Shown here: positions 42,425 to 57,271 of the stretch, piece by piece | Position numbering within the stretch: the stretch's first letter is position 1 | Layout: each line of letters opens with the position of its first letter | Origin: the human T2T-CHM13v2.0 reference genome, Homo sapiens | NCBI RefSeq assembly: GCF_009914755.1 | Contig: NC_060945.1 | Length of the DNA: 64,000 nucleotides | Reading direction: 5' to 3' (one strand) | Position numbers and translations under genes: made by a program | The notes under the pieces: model-generated | What the model was told of the DNA's origin: nothing | Seen by the model: only the letters and a program-made list of their open reading frames with translations | Databases searched by the model: none

Positions 42425-42867
42425 ACTTTTTTTTTTCTAGCTGCCTTTGAGGTTTTCTTATTCATCTTTGGTCTTCAGCTGTTTAACTCCGATATGTCTT
42501 GGTGTGATTTTCTTTTTATTTACCTTCCCTGTGGATCACTGAGACTCTGGATCAATGGGTTGACATCTTTCATCAGTGTGTTAGAAAGTTCTTGGCTATT
42601 ATCTCTTCAAATATTGCCATGCCCTTACCTCTCTATTCTCTCTTTCTTGACTCCATTTAGGCATTTATTAGATCTTTTGACTGTGTCCCAAATTTCACTT
42701 ATGTTTTATTTTGTTATTTCCATTCATTTTTCTCTCTGTGTTTTATATTGCTTTTTGGTTTACTAATCCTGTCTTTTGCTTTGTATAGTTTTCTTTCAAA
42801 GCCAACAAGTTCTTAATTTCAGCCATTGTATTTTTAGTTGTGGAATGTCCACTTGAGTATATTCTAA

Positions 42868-43218
<351 letters not shown>

Positions 43219-44286
43219 CATTTTTCATATTTTTTCAGAATCATAAAGTCTGCAGATGATATCTCTACCACTGAGGGTTGCCTTTTCCTTCTTTTAGGCA
43301 GATAAGATGAAAAGAGGATTGTTTCAATCCAATCAGGGACTGGGTGGGCTTGAGGCTGGATTCTACTTTAGTAGATGATTTTCACCCCTGATTTGCCTGG
43401 AAAGTCCTGTCTTTTGGAGGTTTTGAGCTAAACGATCATCCCAAGAAAGTTAAAATTTGGCAAATGTCTTGAGGGGAAGACTGGCCATGTATTTTGCAGG
43501 CTTCTCCCTCTGATGAGAGTTCGTTTCCTAAACACCTACAAGACTGAAGAATATTTCACTCTGCCTTTCTGACCCTGTTCCCCTCGGGACACCCCAGAAC
43601 TTAGCAAATGTCTCATGGGAAAAAATTGCTTTGTATTTTGGGCTCTTGTAATTTCTAATCCATTGCACTAGCTGAAAGCTTTGCTGGCTTCTCTTCCCGT
43701 GTAGAGTTCCTCTGTTTGAGGCAGGCTGATTATTAGCTCACATTCAGCTCATCTAGGATGAGCTCTTCCTCTTCTGGAATTTTTCTTTACCTAGTCCTTG
43801 TTGTTTCCGTGATTCTCTACTGTCTTTAGAGTATGATTATTTCTCATTTACCTGGTTGTTATTACAGATTGTTGATCTTTCTGACCTACGGTATTCCACA
43901 AGTATGTAGAGTACAAGAAGGCCAAGTATCCTGTTTATCAGTCTTTTATATTTAGTATTTGTTGTTGTTGGTTCGTTTGTTTGTTGCTTCAGTATCCATA
44001 AGTGAAATTAATTTATGAATTTTTGTGTGCAGTCGTTGTTAGGCTTTCTATTGCGGTTATTTCAGAAAGAGCATTTGAACATTTTTCTCTTAAAAATGCT
44101 CTGGCACAGTTTAAATACCATTGGACCTACTGCTCTTTAATGAGAAATGAACTTGGTTTGGAGCTTTTATTGGCAGAGGGTGGCAGGGAGAGTCTTTTGG
44201 GAAAATTTCTTTGTTTCTCTATGGGTATTAGTTTATTAGATCTTCTCATTCTTCTAGTGTGTTTTAACAAGTTATATTTTCTTTTA

Positions 44287-44975
44287 CGGCATTGTACAAT
44301 ATAAGTTGTACAGTGCATATTTATATTATACAATATAAATATAAAGCTATATATAGGCAGAGGCAACATAAGTTGCCTATATAAACAGAGGCAACTTATA
44401 ATAAAGCCATTGTAAATGGAAAATATCATAAGTCAAAATGAGTTTAACATTACCTGACCTACTGAACATTATAACAGCACAGCCTACCTTAAACTTGCTC
44501 AGAACACTAACATTAGCCTACAGTTGTGTAAAATCATCTAATACAAAGGCTATTTTATAATAAAGTGTTAAATATTTTATGTAATTTATTGAATACTCTC
44601 CTGAAAGTGAAAAACAGGATGGTTGTATGGGTATACTTGAAGCATTGTATCTACCGAATGTGTATTGCTTTCACACCATTGTAAGTTAAGGACCATCTGT
44701 ATAATTTCACATTTTTCTGGTAGCCATATTTTAAAAGTTTTTAAAAAGCAGATGAAATTATTTTAAATAATATTTTATTGAACCAAATGTATCTAACATA
44801 TTATAATTTCAACATGTAATCAATTGAAATTTTTAATGAAAAACTCTTTTTTGCTTTATTAAATCTTCGAAATTTAGTGGCATTTTGTGCTTACAACACA
44901 TCTCAGTTTATACTAATTCCATTTTAAGTGTTCAATTTTCACATTTGGCTAGTGGCTACTGTATTGAACAGCTCA
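44287..44975. mobile_element. MER33 hAT-Charlie MITE split by MER47A
   Basis: Left TIR-like cggcattgtacaata; body 'taatttcacatttttctggtagcca...ggctagtggctactgtattgaacagc'. Confidence 0.75.
44399..44698 (+). mobile_element. MER47A Tigger MITE lacking its left terminus
   Basis: 'cctaccttaaacttgctcagaacactaacattagcctacagttg...ggaccatctg' followed by TA. Confidence 0.85.
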
Positions 44976-45240
44976 ATTCTGGGACATTGTCCTTTTTATC
45001 CATATATTTGAAGATTTATTTTTATTATGTTGAAAAAAGTAATTCTGTATAATTTATTTAATTTCCATGATTTCTCTGGTTGTTTGAATTTATTTAATCT
45101 CATTTTATATATTTACTTTCTTCCTTCTTCTTGATTTTGTTAGCCAGAAGTTTATATATTGCATTGTTATTTTGTTTTTCAATGAAACAGCTGTTGCATT
45201 ATTTATCAGTTAGGTCTATAGTCTTCTATTTTATAATTTC

Positions 45241-45530
45241 TTTTTTTTTTTTTTTTTTAGTTTCACTCTGTCGCCTAGGCTGGAGTGCAGTGGCATGATC
45301 TCACTGCAACCTCTGCCTCTCCAGTTCAAGCAGTTCTTGTGCCTCAGCCTCCAAGTAGCTGTGACTACAGGTGCATGCCACCATGCCTGGCTAATTTTTT
45401 GTATTTTTTTAAGTAAAAATGGGGTTTTGCTATGTTAGCCCGGCTGGTGGCAAACTCCTGGCCTCAAGCGATCCACCTGCCTTGGCCTCCTGAAGTACTG
45501 GGATTACAGGCGTGAGCCACTATGCCCATT
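45241..45530 (-). mobile_element. Alu
   Basis: T-run followed by a dimeric reverse Alu. Confidence 0.92.
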
Positions 45531-46365
45531 CTGGTTTATAATCATCCTATTCTAACTTTTTCATAGTTAACTTATTCATTCAGCCATCCTATCCTTCGGT
45601 TCATGTGGTTGCTTTTTTCTGACTTATTTATTATGTTGTTTCATTCACTTTTTAAATTTTTTTATGCTTATTAATACAGTTAAATAAGGCTCTGCATTTT
45701 CACCAAGTACTGCTTTAGCTGTATGGCTATAGGTACTGATGGCAGTGTCTTCCTTATTACCATCTTCTGTTATTTTGTGTTAATGTTTGCATTTTTTTCT
45801 TTGACTCAAGAATTGTTTAAAAGAGTACTTAAAATTATTCACATAGTAATTGCTTTTTGCTTTTTTAATTTCTGATGTTATTTCTACATTGTCATTAAAG
45901 AAATTTTTTTGTTCTATTTTTGTTTTTCGAAAATTTTGAGGTTTTGTGGTCACTTGACAATATGGTCTCTTGTTTTTTTTTTTCCTTATTTATTATGTAA
46001 CTTAGTTCTCCTTCAACCTTGTTAATGTTTTCACACTTGCGTTGTTCAGCTTTAATGTCTATCTCTCTTTGCCTGTGGTATTCTGTAGTTTCCTATGATG
46101 TATTTCAGCATGTAGTTATTTGAATTATCCTTCTTAGGTTTTGGTATACTTTTTAAACTGAGGCTTCATATCTTACTTCAATATTCAAGAGTTCTCAGTC
46201 ATTACCTCTTTGAATATTGCCCAATTCCTTCTTTTCTGTATTGGACCTCCTCTTAGACATATGTTGGTTCTTCTCATTTAAATGTTCATGTTTCTTCTCT
46301 CTCATATTTTCCATGTCTTTATTTTTTGAGGCATGTTGGGTAAGTTTGTCTAACCTTCCAGTTTC

Positions 46366-47137
<772 letters not shown>

Positions 47138-47140
47138 TTT

Positions 47141-47240
47141 GTTTAAACATATTAAAAATCTTCCTTTATCAATTTAAACATATTAAATTTCTTCCTTTAT
47201 CTATTTAAACATATTAAAACATGTTAAATTTAAACATATT
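47141..47240. repeat. AT-rich tandem repeat, about 31-bp unit
   Basis: tttaaacatattaaa..tcttcctttatc.a twice, plus partial copies. Confidence 0.85.
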
Positions 47241-48324
47241 GTCCTATTATCTTTGGTTCTTGATATGCAATTATTCCTATTTATTGGATCTGTGGATTTT
47301 CCCTCATGGTGATTCATTTCCTCAAATAGTTTGTTATTTCTGCTTATCTTTAGTGTGGCTCATATTTTTATGGTAAGGCCCTATTCCCTGGGTTTGGGGA
47401 TCACCTCTACAGAATTGGTTTGCATTTTTCTCTAACGTGGTCCTTGTGGATTTCTTGAGTTCTGAACTACTTTTTACATTGATTTGTGGCTTGAGGCCAT
47501 CGTGCTAGGCAGGTAGTGGTAAGTCACTATCCTAACAGCCCTGGCCTGGATTCTGATTTCTAGTATTTTTCTCTTTTTCTTCCCCAAGTTGCAAGTGGAT
47601 GGCAAGCTTCCTTGTGACTTCTCATCCTGGTGAGTAGAATTTTTCTTATCCATGTTTCTTATTTTAAGTTAGAAGCAGCAGTTTATGAAACCTAAAATCC
47701 TATGAATTTTAGCTCTTTGGCACAGCACTTCCTGTGCACACACTAGATTCTGCCCAGGCTCGTTTCTCATGTGGGCATTAAATCTGCACCTCCCAGCCTA
47801 TGTCAAGTCCCACTTTTCCATACGTCCCTCGTCTTGAGCTCCTATCATCACTTTCACTTTTCACGCCTTGGAGGCTATGAATACATTTTTTTCTTGTTAA
47901 GTTTTATCCAGAATTTTAATGTGTGAAACAGGATTGAGGGATTTACCAACATAATGTCCAGACATCCATAAGTGAGATTTGAAGAGAACATTTTTTTTTA
48001 CAATAAATTAAATATGACTCTATTATTGAGTAAAAATTTGAAATTTGCCTTAATTTTTAAGATAGTCTGAACACTAAAGAAATTTTGTTTGCGACAGAGA
48101 TTTGGGCCAATTGCCTTCATCCCCTGAGGTTACATGTTTGTTCTATTTTGTCATCGGGGGTACTTCTGTGGAAAGTTTGAGAGGCCTTGCCCTGAGGTGA
48201 CCTTGACTGCTAGGATGGAAGTCATTCCGTGGGCAAATCCCCTGACACGTAAATTACCCACTCGCTAGCTCACTGGGCTGTAGCTGTTGTTTTGCCTAGG
48301 CTTGGGCTAAAACGTCAGGAAGCA

Positions 48325-48860
48325 GATTTTTAAAAATTATTGTTACTCATGACAAAAAGCTTAAACACTACAAAAGGCTGTAAAGTGGAAAGAAAAAGAG
48401 CCCTAAGCAGTCTCCCTAGTCTCCCCCTCCTATTCCCATAAGTCCTCACTGCTAACAGCTTCTCACAAACCTTTCCAGAAATGTTATATTTGTAGATACA
48501 GATTTCTTCTTTTTTTAAAAAAAACCAAATGAAATCATAGTATACATGTTCTGCAGATTGAAAAAAATTCATCAATGCATTTTGGATATTTTTCCATATC
48601 AGCACATGTAGCCTTCCCTCGTGTTTTCAGCAGCTGTAGTGGATTTCCTGTGCATTAATAGATGTAGGGTTTCTTTCCCATATGTGTGCTATTTACAAAA
48701 ACAATTTAGGGAGCATACTTGTGCAGACATCTTTTTGTTAAGTGTGTGAGCAGATTTGTAGGTTAAATGCTGGGCTGAAGGTATGCGCCTTTGAGCTTTT
48801 GATGGACAAGTTTGAAGTGCTTTCCAAAAAAAGCTGCAGCAATTTGCACTCCCAGAAACA
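48325..48860 (-). mobile_element. L1ME 3' fragments
   Basis: 'tttccaaaaaaagctgcagcaatttgcactcccag' and similar antisense L1 3' motifs. Confidence 0.55.
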
Positions 48861-49379
48861 GTAGAAGACCCACCCAGTGAGCAGGACTAAGGAGCCTCCA
48901 GATTTGTCCTTTCTGCCTGCCTGGCATCCTCAAAGCATGCAGGGATGTTGCTGTCTGACACCCTTCCTCCCGAAGCTGAACTGGCTGTCAAGAACAAAAA
49001 TCTGGTTATTGATATCAAGATCAGATGCTGCTTGATTTTGAGGGATATGGTTGCTTGAGTGGCTTTGGTATTCCAAATAGAGATTAGGGATGGGCCAGAT
49101 GCTGGTTGGGGGGCATAGGGGACAGTGGATGAAAAAGCAATCTATTCATGGATTCACCAAACTCTTTATTTCTTAACAAGTATTATTGTTTTTTGATAAG
49201 TAAGACATTTTCACTGTTAAAAAAGGGGGAAATATGAAAACACACAAAGTAGTTAATAAAGCTACTGATACGTGGGTAATTAAATAATGCTAATTAAATA
49301 AAACTACTTTGTATGTGGGGTAACTGATACCCCAGACAGTTAATAAAAATAATTCCAATGCTGAGATGAACACTGTGTT

Positions 49380-49744
49380 TGGTCATTTCTCTGAGCCACT
49401 TCCCAACTATCCTAATTCCCCAGCTACCCAGTCTCTCTCCAGGACTTCCCAGACCTTCTTATGGTTCAGAAACTAATAGGTCAACACCCAGTACAGCAAA
49501 ATATGGCCTTTTGTTTTTTTCTTTTGGGTGCATATGCATATGTGTACACCCTACACATAGGAATGATAGAATATTTAACAGCTGGTTCCGCATGGGCACG
49601 ACCAACGGGGTGGACAGGAGTCTGGGAGGCTGGCTTTTGCTGTACTGGGTGTTGACCCATTAGGTTCTAGACCATGGGAAGGTCTGGGAAGTCCTGGGTT
49701 GTGGGGGAGTTAGGAGGACTGGGGAGTGGCTTGGGAAGTGACTA
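49380..49744. mobile_element. Palindromic MITE-like element with arms of about 110-120 bp (probably TcMar/Tigger-type; family not certain)
   Basis: Core arms 49439-49501 and 49635-49697 are 57/63 reverse-complementary; the outer arms align more loosely. Confidence 0.7.
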
Positions 49745-49779
49745 TTTATCATTTATTATGAAATGTTTTTAATATTTTA

Positions 49780-50078
<299 letters not shown>

Positions 50079-50174
50079 TAATATTTTAGCACCCTCTGTG
50101 TCCATACTGGTGCATACTGCCCTCTAAGTGTGCATTCCAGTTTGTGTACTTTTAAATATAATTAAAACCATACA

Positions 50175-50280
50175 TTGCACCAACTATTTGCTGCTTACAA
50201 GAGATATGCTTTAATGATAAGGATACAGAAAGTTTGGAAGTAAAGCTAGAAAGATACACCATGCAAATAGTTACCAAAAT
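50175..50280 (+). mobile_element. L1 ORF2 endonuclease-region fragment
   Basis: 'ccaactatttgctgcttacaagaga...aaagatacaccatgcaaa'. Confidence 0.7.
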
Positions 50281-50440
50281 TTATACTGATCTTAATGATT
50301 TGTAACTCTTTTAACTTACCATTGTCCCTATGGTAAAACATTCTTCTGTGTTGTTGCATATTATGTTATGGAATGCATGTATCATCATTCATTTAGCTAA
50401 TGAAAATATTATTAGACATTTTAGTAATTTCTAGCATTTT

Positions 50441-50745
<305 letters not shown>

Positions 50746-51869
50746 TAACTTTTTAATATAAAAAATAACACTAGGTTGAATAATTTTGAGTGTATAGTAC
50801 CACCTCAGGTAATTCTTCATTTCTTTCCTCAGGATACATTTTTGGCTATAGAACCATGACTTTAAAGTTTATGTACATTTTAAAGTCTTTTTGCTCTATT
50901 TTGCTAAAATGACCTCTAGAAAGTTTGCATGGATTTCTAGTGCCATTAGCAGCACGTAACAGTCCCAGTGCCACCTCCCGTCTCTGCGTGGTATTCGTCA
51001 CCATTTTATGATGAAGCAAATAAGTGAACAAACCAGAAAAAGAAAAAAAGAAACAAATGCGTCTATTTTTTAAGCTTTCCTTTTTTTGTTACTCACAAGT
51101 GGTAGCATTTTAATGTTTTTTATGTGCTGTGAATTGTGTACACTTTATATGTGTGTTCATATTTTAAAGACTGATCTGTAAGAGTTCCTGATAAAATAAG
51201 GATATCAAGCCTCTGTCATAAATGTTGCAAATATTCTCCTCAGTTTTTTGGCCATTCCTTGGTAGTTCTTTTTGAAAAGGTATTTGATATACAGTCAAGT
51301 TTTATCTTTTTACTTCTCACCTGTGAGTCAGCTACAAGTTCGGCATTGCATTTTACTAGGTGGAGGATGCCCTCAAGTCCTAAGAGGTTTAGAAATACTG
51401 GTGGAGTCTCTTTGTCCAACCCCATTAGGGAAGTGTGTTAATGGACAACTGAGATTTTATAGAATCTGAAGGAGATAGGGGCTTTGGGTAAAGCTTCCTT
51501 TACTGCTGCCTGGATTGCTTCTAAAGCTTCTTGCTATTGGATCCCCCTCAAATGTGGCCACTTGCCTAGTGATTTGGGATAGAGGCTGAATTGAAACTCC
51601 CTGGGGTGTGAAGTATATTGTTTCGCAATTTCAAGGAGGCCACTATGATATGGAGCCTCCTTTTTGTTGTTGGTGAATTCAGGGCAAGCAGACTGTCTTT
51701 TCATAGCCTATAAAATGTCTCTTTAGATCTAAATGTCACTTTGGGTATTGGGAGCTTGGATTTTGTCCTCCCTCAAAGCCCATCCATCTGTAGTCAGTAG
51801 TACTTGAGTGGCTCAGAATGCAGAGCCACTTGTTTTCTTGGTGGAGATCATTAATGAAATGCTTAGAAT

Positions 51870-52085
51870 TCCCACCGTGGTCTTGATACCAGATGGAGAA
51901 TGAAGCCCACACCAAAAGCAGAGATGGAAAGAACTGGATAATTGTTGACATTCTTAAACCACTTATTCAACTGTCTCCAAAACTCCCCTACAGAGCATTT
52001 GTATTATATAAGAGAATGCATTATCTTATTGATGATGCTGGTTCAAGCAGGGGTTTCTGTTATTTGTAGCCAAAGCCTCCCAGTA
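51870..52085 (+). mobile_element. Old MLT1 (K/L-like) LTR 3' half
   Basis: 'ggggtttctgttatttgtagccaaagc'. Confidence 0.55.
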
Positions 52086-54289
52086 GGTGGAGTGGCAATA
52101 TTGCCAAAGCCCCATGAAGCCCCATGGCTTCTTTGTACGCCCCGGAGCAGAATCTAAAACACACAGATCCGTTGCTGTTTTGCAAATCTTCGAGTTGAAA
52201 TGTCCTCGTGGCTCTCCTGTAGTGAGCCAGTCCTTTCTCCTTGGCTGAAGTTTCCCCTTCCTTTCAGCTCTCACTCTTTTGAAAGACCACCCTCCCTGCA
52301 CTCATCTTCCCTTCAGCCTCCTGTTTGGGGGAAGGACGACTCACTGCTGTGGGGTAAAGGGAGGGCTCACCGGTGTCGGGGAGTGAAGAGGCAGCTCACT
52401 CACTACTTGGGAGGCAAAGAGTATTTCCAGCCAGAGAAGATTTGGAGAAGACTGGTCACATGGAGCATGTTTGGCTTGCAACGTCTCCCTGTCTGGGAAC
52501 TTTAAGTGGCCTGGGATACTGCTTTTGGGGGCTACTGAGAAGCTCAGAAATAATGGGCTTTGGAGTCATTTAATAGCTACTTCACCTTGATAGTGTGGTC
52601 TCTTTCCTTCTCTCTGCTCTGTCATGCTTGGTATTGGCCCCATCCTTGTAGCTGGCTTCAAGATGACAGCATCAGCTTGAGAAATAACATCCTGAGGAGT
52701 GAAGGACACTCTTCCTGTGGCTTCTTCTCAGAAGAGAAGACATTCCCAGTCCTCACTGTACCCCCACTGCAGGTTCTATTCACATTGTAATGGTCATCAC
52801 TGTGCCTTAGGCTTATCTTGAGAAAATCACTGGCTACTGGGAATAGAGGAATCTTGGGCCCTTTCAGGCTCTTCTTCCCTGAGGCCCTGCCCTGGGCACA
52901 CAGCTGTATGAGAGTGGAGCAGATATCTGAACAAAATGGGGGTTCTTCGAAGAAGGAGGATGGTGATAATGGATACCATGACAATCAAAGGCACCATCTA
53001 TAAATACCATTTGTGGAGTTTCACCATGTTCCAGGACTATAATATTTCTAACACCCCCTCAACCTCAGCAGTGAAGTCATATTATTATCTGGTTTTACAG
53101 AGGAAAAGACTATGCTCAAAGGTCAAGATCTTTTGATATTGTTAAGTGAAACTTTTTCTAAAATACTGTGGTAATAGAGTTTGCCAGTGGGCAGCCCAGA
53201 GATAGAACTTCCTGGGTGGTGCAGGGACTTCAGCCAAGTGCTATGTGAGACTTGTCCCCTGCACCTTTCATTGAGCTCCTCAGGTACTGACTCCCCACTG
53301 GATGCTTCTTGCCTCTCACCATAGAAAAATCACGATCAGCAAAGTCAGGCCTGTTTCTAACATGGGAAGTCTTGCCAGGCACCAGGTAGACTTACATTGG
53401 AGGACAAGGTCAGAAACAAACCTTTATAGATTCGAATGTCTTCCCGCCCCCACCCCAGCCCACTTGGGGCCACCCAAAAAATGATGCCCTGGAGCCTTGG
53501 CATGCCATTAAAAGTGAAGAAATGCTTAATCAAATCACGCCACTTGAAGCGAGTTGAGTTGGAATGAAAAAATTGTGCAGTGCTGCCCGCAGTGGAAATT
53601 TACCAGGCCAAAGTGGACACCAAATACTCCCAGGTTGTTTTGAAATAGATACGGTCGCGTTCTGTAAAGTTCTGAGATCCCTTTCCAAATATTTGAAAAT
53701 CTTTCCATTAACTAGGATTGCTTTAGAAGAACACACACACACACACACACACCTCCCCAACCCCAAAGGCTTATGCTATGTGCATGGAAGAAACAGAAAA
53801 CTCTAGACACCCCAAATATCTCTTGAAATTGGCAGAGATCCATGAATCCCCTCTGTTGTCTGTTGAGACAGCTCTCATTTTTTTAAAGTTTATTTGCGTA
53901 TTCCCCCTCAAAAATGTCATGACTAACTTTCCATTCATTATCAAAATATTCTTTTGCCACTAATTTCCCTTCTTGGTTAAAATAAACAAAACAGAGTGAA
54001 TGCTGTTGGCATTGCATCTAGGATGCACTCAGCTGTAAACAAGAGAACATTTTCTTAACGGATCTTGAAAAGTCCTCCCGTGAGAATTTCCTGTGCAGTC
54101 TGTCTCTGTTTCTTAACTCCATTTGGCGTGGAGGGCAGAGACTCAGCGGCGGCAGGAAAGGGGAGGCTGCCTCGGGCTTGCCAGGGTCCAACGTCTCATC
54201 CCCCGCGGCCAGGCCCCTGCAAGGTACCTGTGGAGTCTTCACATGACGTGGACGCCGGGGCTGGCTACCGTGTGACCTCGGGTGGCCAT

Positions 54290-54385
54290 TGAACATCTTT
54301 GGACCTCAGTTTTCTCAGCCATAAAATGAAGCCATCGGATCTGATGATCTCTAAGCTCCATCCTGTACCAAAACTCTAGGACTCA
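54290..54385 (+). mobile_element. MIR3/MIRc fragment
   Basis: 'ggacctcagttttctcagccataaaatg...gatgatctctaagctcc'. Confidence 0.65.
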
Positions 54386-55677
54386 AATCTAGGAATGTCT
54401 AATTAAAAAAAAAACGTGGAGAAGATACTTGAAAACAAACCTTAAGTTTTAGGATTTGTGAAGATGCGGTGAAGAGCTCCGTGGGTGAGAGAAACATTTC
54501 GTTTTTCAAAGGTCGAACACAAGAAAAGTAGGTCAGAAAACCAGCTTGTCCAAAGCTCCCTTTCCAGTAACACAGACGAGAGCTTGTGAACCCCCCAGAA
54601 TATACCTTGTAAGTGGAGGAGCAGACAGGGGGTGCAAAGCAGACCTTCTCCACTTCCTGGAGCTGGGGGAGAAGAGTTCCTAGCTCTTTAGCTCCTTCTA
54701 GTCCACGGCCTAATTTGTGTGGCTGCAGTGAGGACTCTGGGATGTGGGGCAGGCCAGCGGTTCTTTTTTCAGAAGTTCCCCAGGCCTCCTAGAGAAATGG
54801 GGAGAGGTCTGAGGGTGGGGGTGAGGATGACTCTCAGTGCAAAGACAGGGCCAAAGGTGTCCGTCTCGGGAGAAACTCACCTGAAAGTGACAAGACGCTG
54901 AGTCCTCCCTTGATTGATACGGCCAATGAAAGAGGGGGCACTACCCAGTGTTTCTCAGGGAGTCTCAGGGGTGGTCTCCTGAGGACACATCCTCCATGGA
55001 AGTATGTGAAGCAGGAAGAAGAAATGCTAGTGACAAAGGTGTGACCCTTCAAGGTTGGCCACAAAGAGACATCATCATCTCTGCTGGGGAGACTCTTCTG
55101 TCTGGAATAGTCTTGGGAGGCAGCAGCACCCTGTGGTCGAACTTTCTGGAGACCCCTGATGTCACGTAAAGGCCCAAAGTGGGATGGGGAGGGCAGCCAC
55201 AGCAGTGCGTCCCAACTGCACGGGACCTGGTCAGCCCTGGGCATTTGGAAATGGGAAGGGACCTGAGGGGATGGAGGCATGGATTTCTATATTAGTACCA
55301 GGTGGAGCCTGGGAGTCAATAACACTGGGAGCTCTCGTAGTCACCCCGTAAATCAGATTGGCTTAGGGAGCTGAAGATGACATTGGCAACACTCTTAACA
55401 GCCGCTCCTCAAACATGGCTCCCAGTTCAGGTCAGGAGACCAAGGCTTGGCGGCTGTGCTAGTTTCAAGGGAAGTGAGGAAAACAAGAATGAGACAGTGC
55501 TTTCTTCCATACATCTAAATTCATTTCACTTAAAAGACTGTTCTCTATTTTGAGAGTATGTCTTCCCCAATTTTGGCGTTAAAAGTATCCTTTCATGAAA
55601 TAATGGCAACACATGATAGGTTTAGAAAAAAGGTTTTTATTTGACAAAAGAGGAAGTTGGTACATTTTGCTGAGCCC

Positions 55678-56060
55678 TGTGGCCGATTCTTGTAGTTTTC
55701 TCTCCATATTTGCCTTCCCCTTTTTTCATTCTAAGAGGAGTTTAAAGGGGCATGTGACCATCCAGAATAAAGCTTACAGTTCCCAGGTGTCCCTTGGAGC
55801 TCATTGGCCCAAGTTCTGGCCAATGAGATGTTGGCAGAAGTGATGTATACAACTTCTGGGGTGTGTCCTCAAAGGGCAAGGGTCTGTCTGTTCCCTGCCA
55901 CTTTTCCTCTTCCCAAAGGCTGTAGTACAGACATGGTGGTGAGTTATCGTGACTGTGCAGATGAATGCAATATCCCAGGGGCGGCAGAGCAGCAAGACAT
56001 GGGGAGCCTAGAGTCTACTATCAGCCCAGGATGCTTATGGAATGGGAGAGGGAAATAGCC
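55678..56060 (+). mobile_element. MLT1J-like LTR
   Basis: 'aagttctggccaatgagatgttggcagaagtgatgtatacaacttctgg'. Confidence 0.7.
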
Positions 56061-56530
56061 ATTGATATTTCATGTCTTTGGAGAGAAAAATGAGTCTGCA
56101 CTTAGATGATATTTGCAGAAATGGCAGTAGTTGAGATCAACCAGGAATAGAGAGTAGAGGGCGAAAAGAACAGTGCCTAGCATGGAGCCTCAAGAGCTCC
56201 ACCATATAATATTTACGGCATGGAGGAAGAACCCATAAAGAGACCGAGGAGTGAAGCTAGAGAAATAGGAAGAGAAAACGGTGTGAAGGAGCCAAGGGGA
56301 GAAAGTATTTGTGAAATAAGGGAGTGGTCAGCCTGTTTCTGTGACACTGAGAGGTCCAGTAAGATGAGGCCCCACATGTAGCCATTCTGTTTAAAACGGA
56401 GATGATTGGAGACCTTATTAAGAATTGTTTCCTTAAAGTGGTGTAGTGAAAGTCTGTGGGAATGGGGTCTGGGGTCAGTGGCAGATGAGGGAGACACAAG
56501 GAGTGTGGCCACAAAGGCAAGAGTAAGAGA

Positions 56531-56834
56531 GGCCAGGTGCAATGTCTCATGCCTGTAATGCCAGCACATTGGGAGGCCTAGGTGGTTGGATCACTTGAGC
56601 CTAGGAATTCAAGACTAGCCTGGGCAACATGGTGAGACCCCGTCTATATCAAAGATACAAAAAACAAAAATCAGCCAGGCATGGTGGCATGCACCTGTAA
56701 TCTCAGATACTTGGGAACTTGAGGCATGAGGATCATCTGAGCCCAGGAGGTTGAAGCTGCAGTAAGCTGTGATCGCACCACTGTACTCCCACCTGGGCAA
56801 TAGCGCAAGACCCTGCCAAAAAAAAAAAAAAAAA
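56531..56834 (+). mobile_element. Alu (AluJ-like)
   Basis: TSD agtaagaga on both sides; A-tail present. Confidence 0.93.
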
Positions 56835-56961
56835 GACAGTAAGAGAGGATAGGAGCTGGAGGAAGAGGAGGGTCTTCTGGTCTCTCCTTCCCTCCTCTCC
56901 CCTCTCCCTTTTCTTTTTCTTTTCTTTTTCCCTTTCCTTTTTCAAAGATTGCAGCCATGGT

Positions 56962-57271
56962 AATTTTTATTTATTTATTTATTTATTTATTTAAGACAGT
57001 CTTGCTCTGTTGCCCAGGCTGGAGTGCAATGGCATGATCTCGGCTCACTGAAACCTCTGCCTCCCGGGTTCAAGTGATTCTCCTGCCTCAGCCTCCCGAG
57101 TAGCTGGGATTACAGGTGTGCACCGCCATGACAGGCTAATTTTTCTATTTTCAGTAGAGATGGGATTTTGCCATATTGGCCAGGCTGGTCTCGAACTCCT
57201 GACCTCAGGTGATCTGCCCACTTCAATCTTCGAAAGTGCTGGGATTACAGGTATGAGCCACTGTGCCCACC
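56962..57271 (-). mobile_element. Alu (AluSx-like) with (TTTA)n tail
   Basis: Dimeric reverse Alu. Confidence 0.94.

Noticed and set aside
47141-47240. CRISPR-like repeat array
   Set aside because: Simple tandem units without unique spacers, in eukaryotic context.
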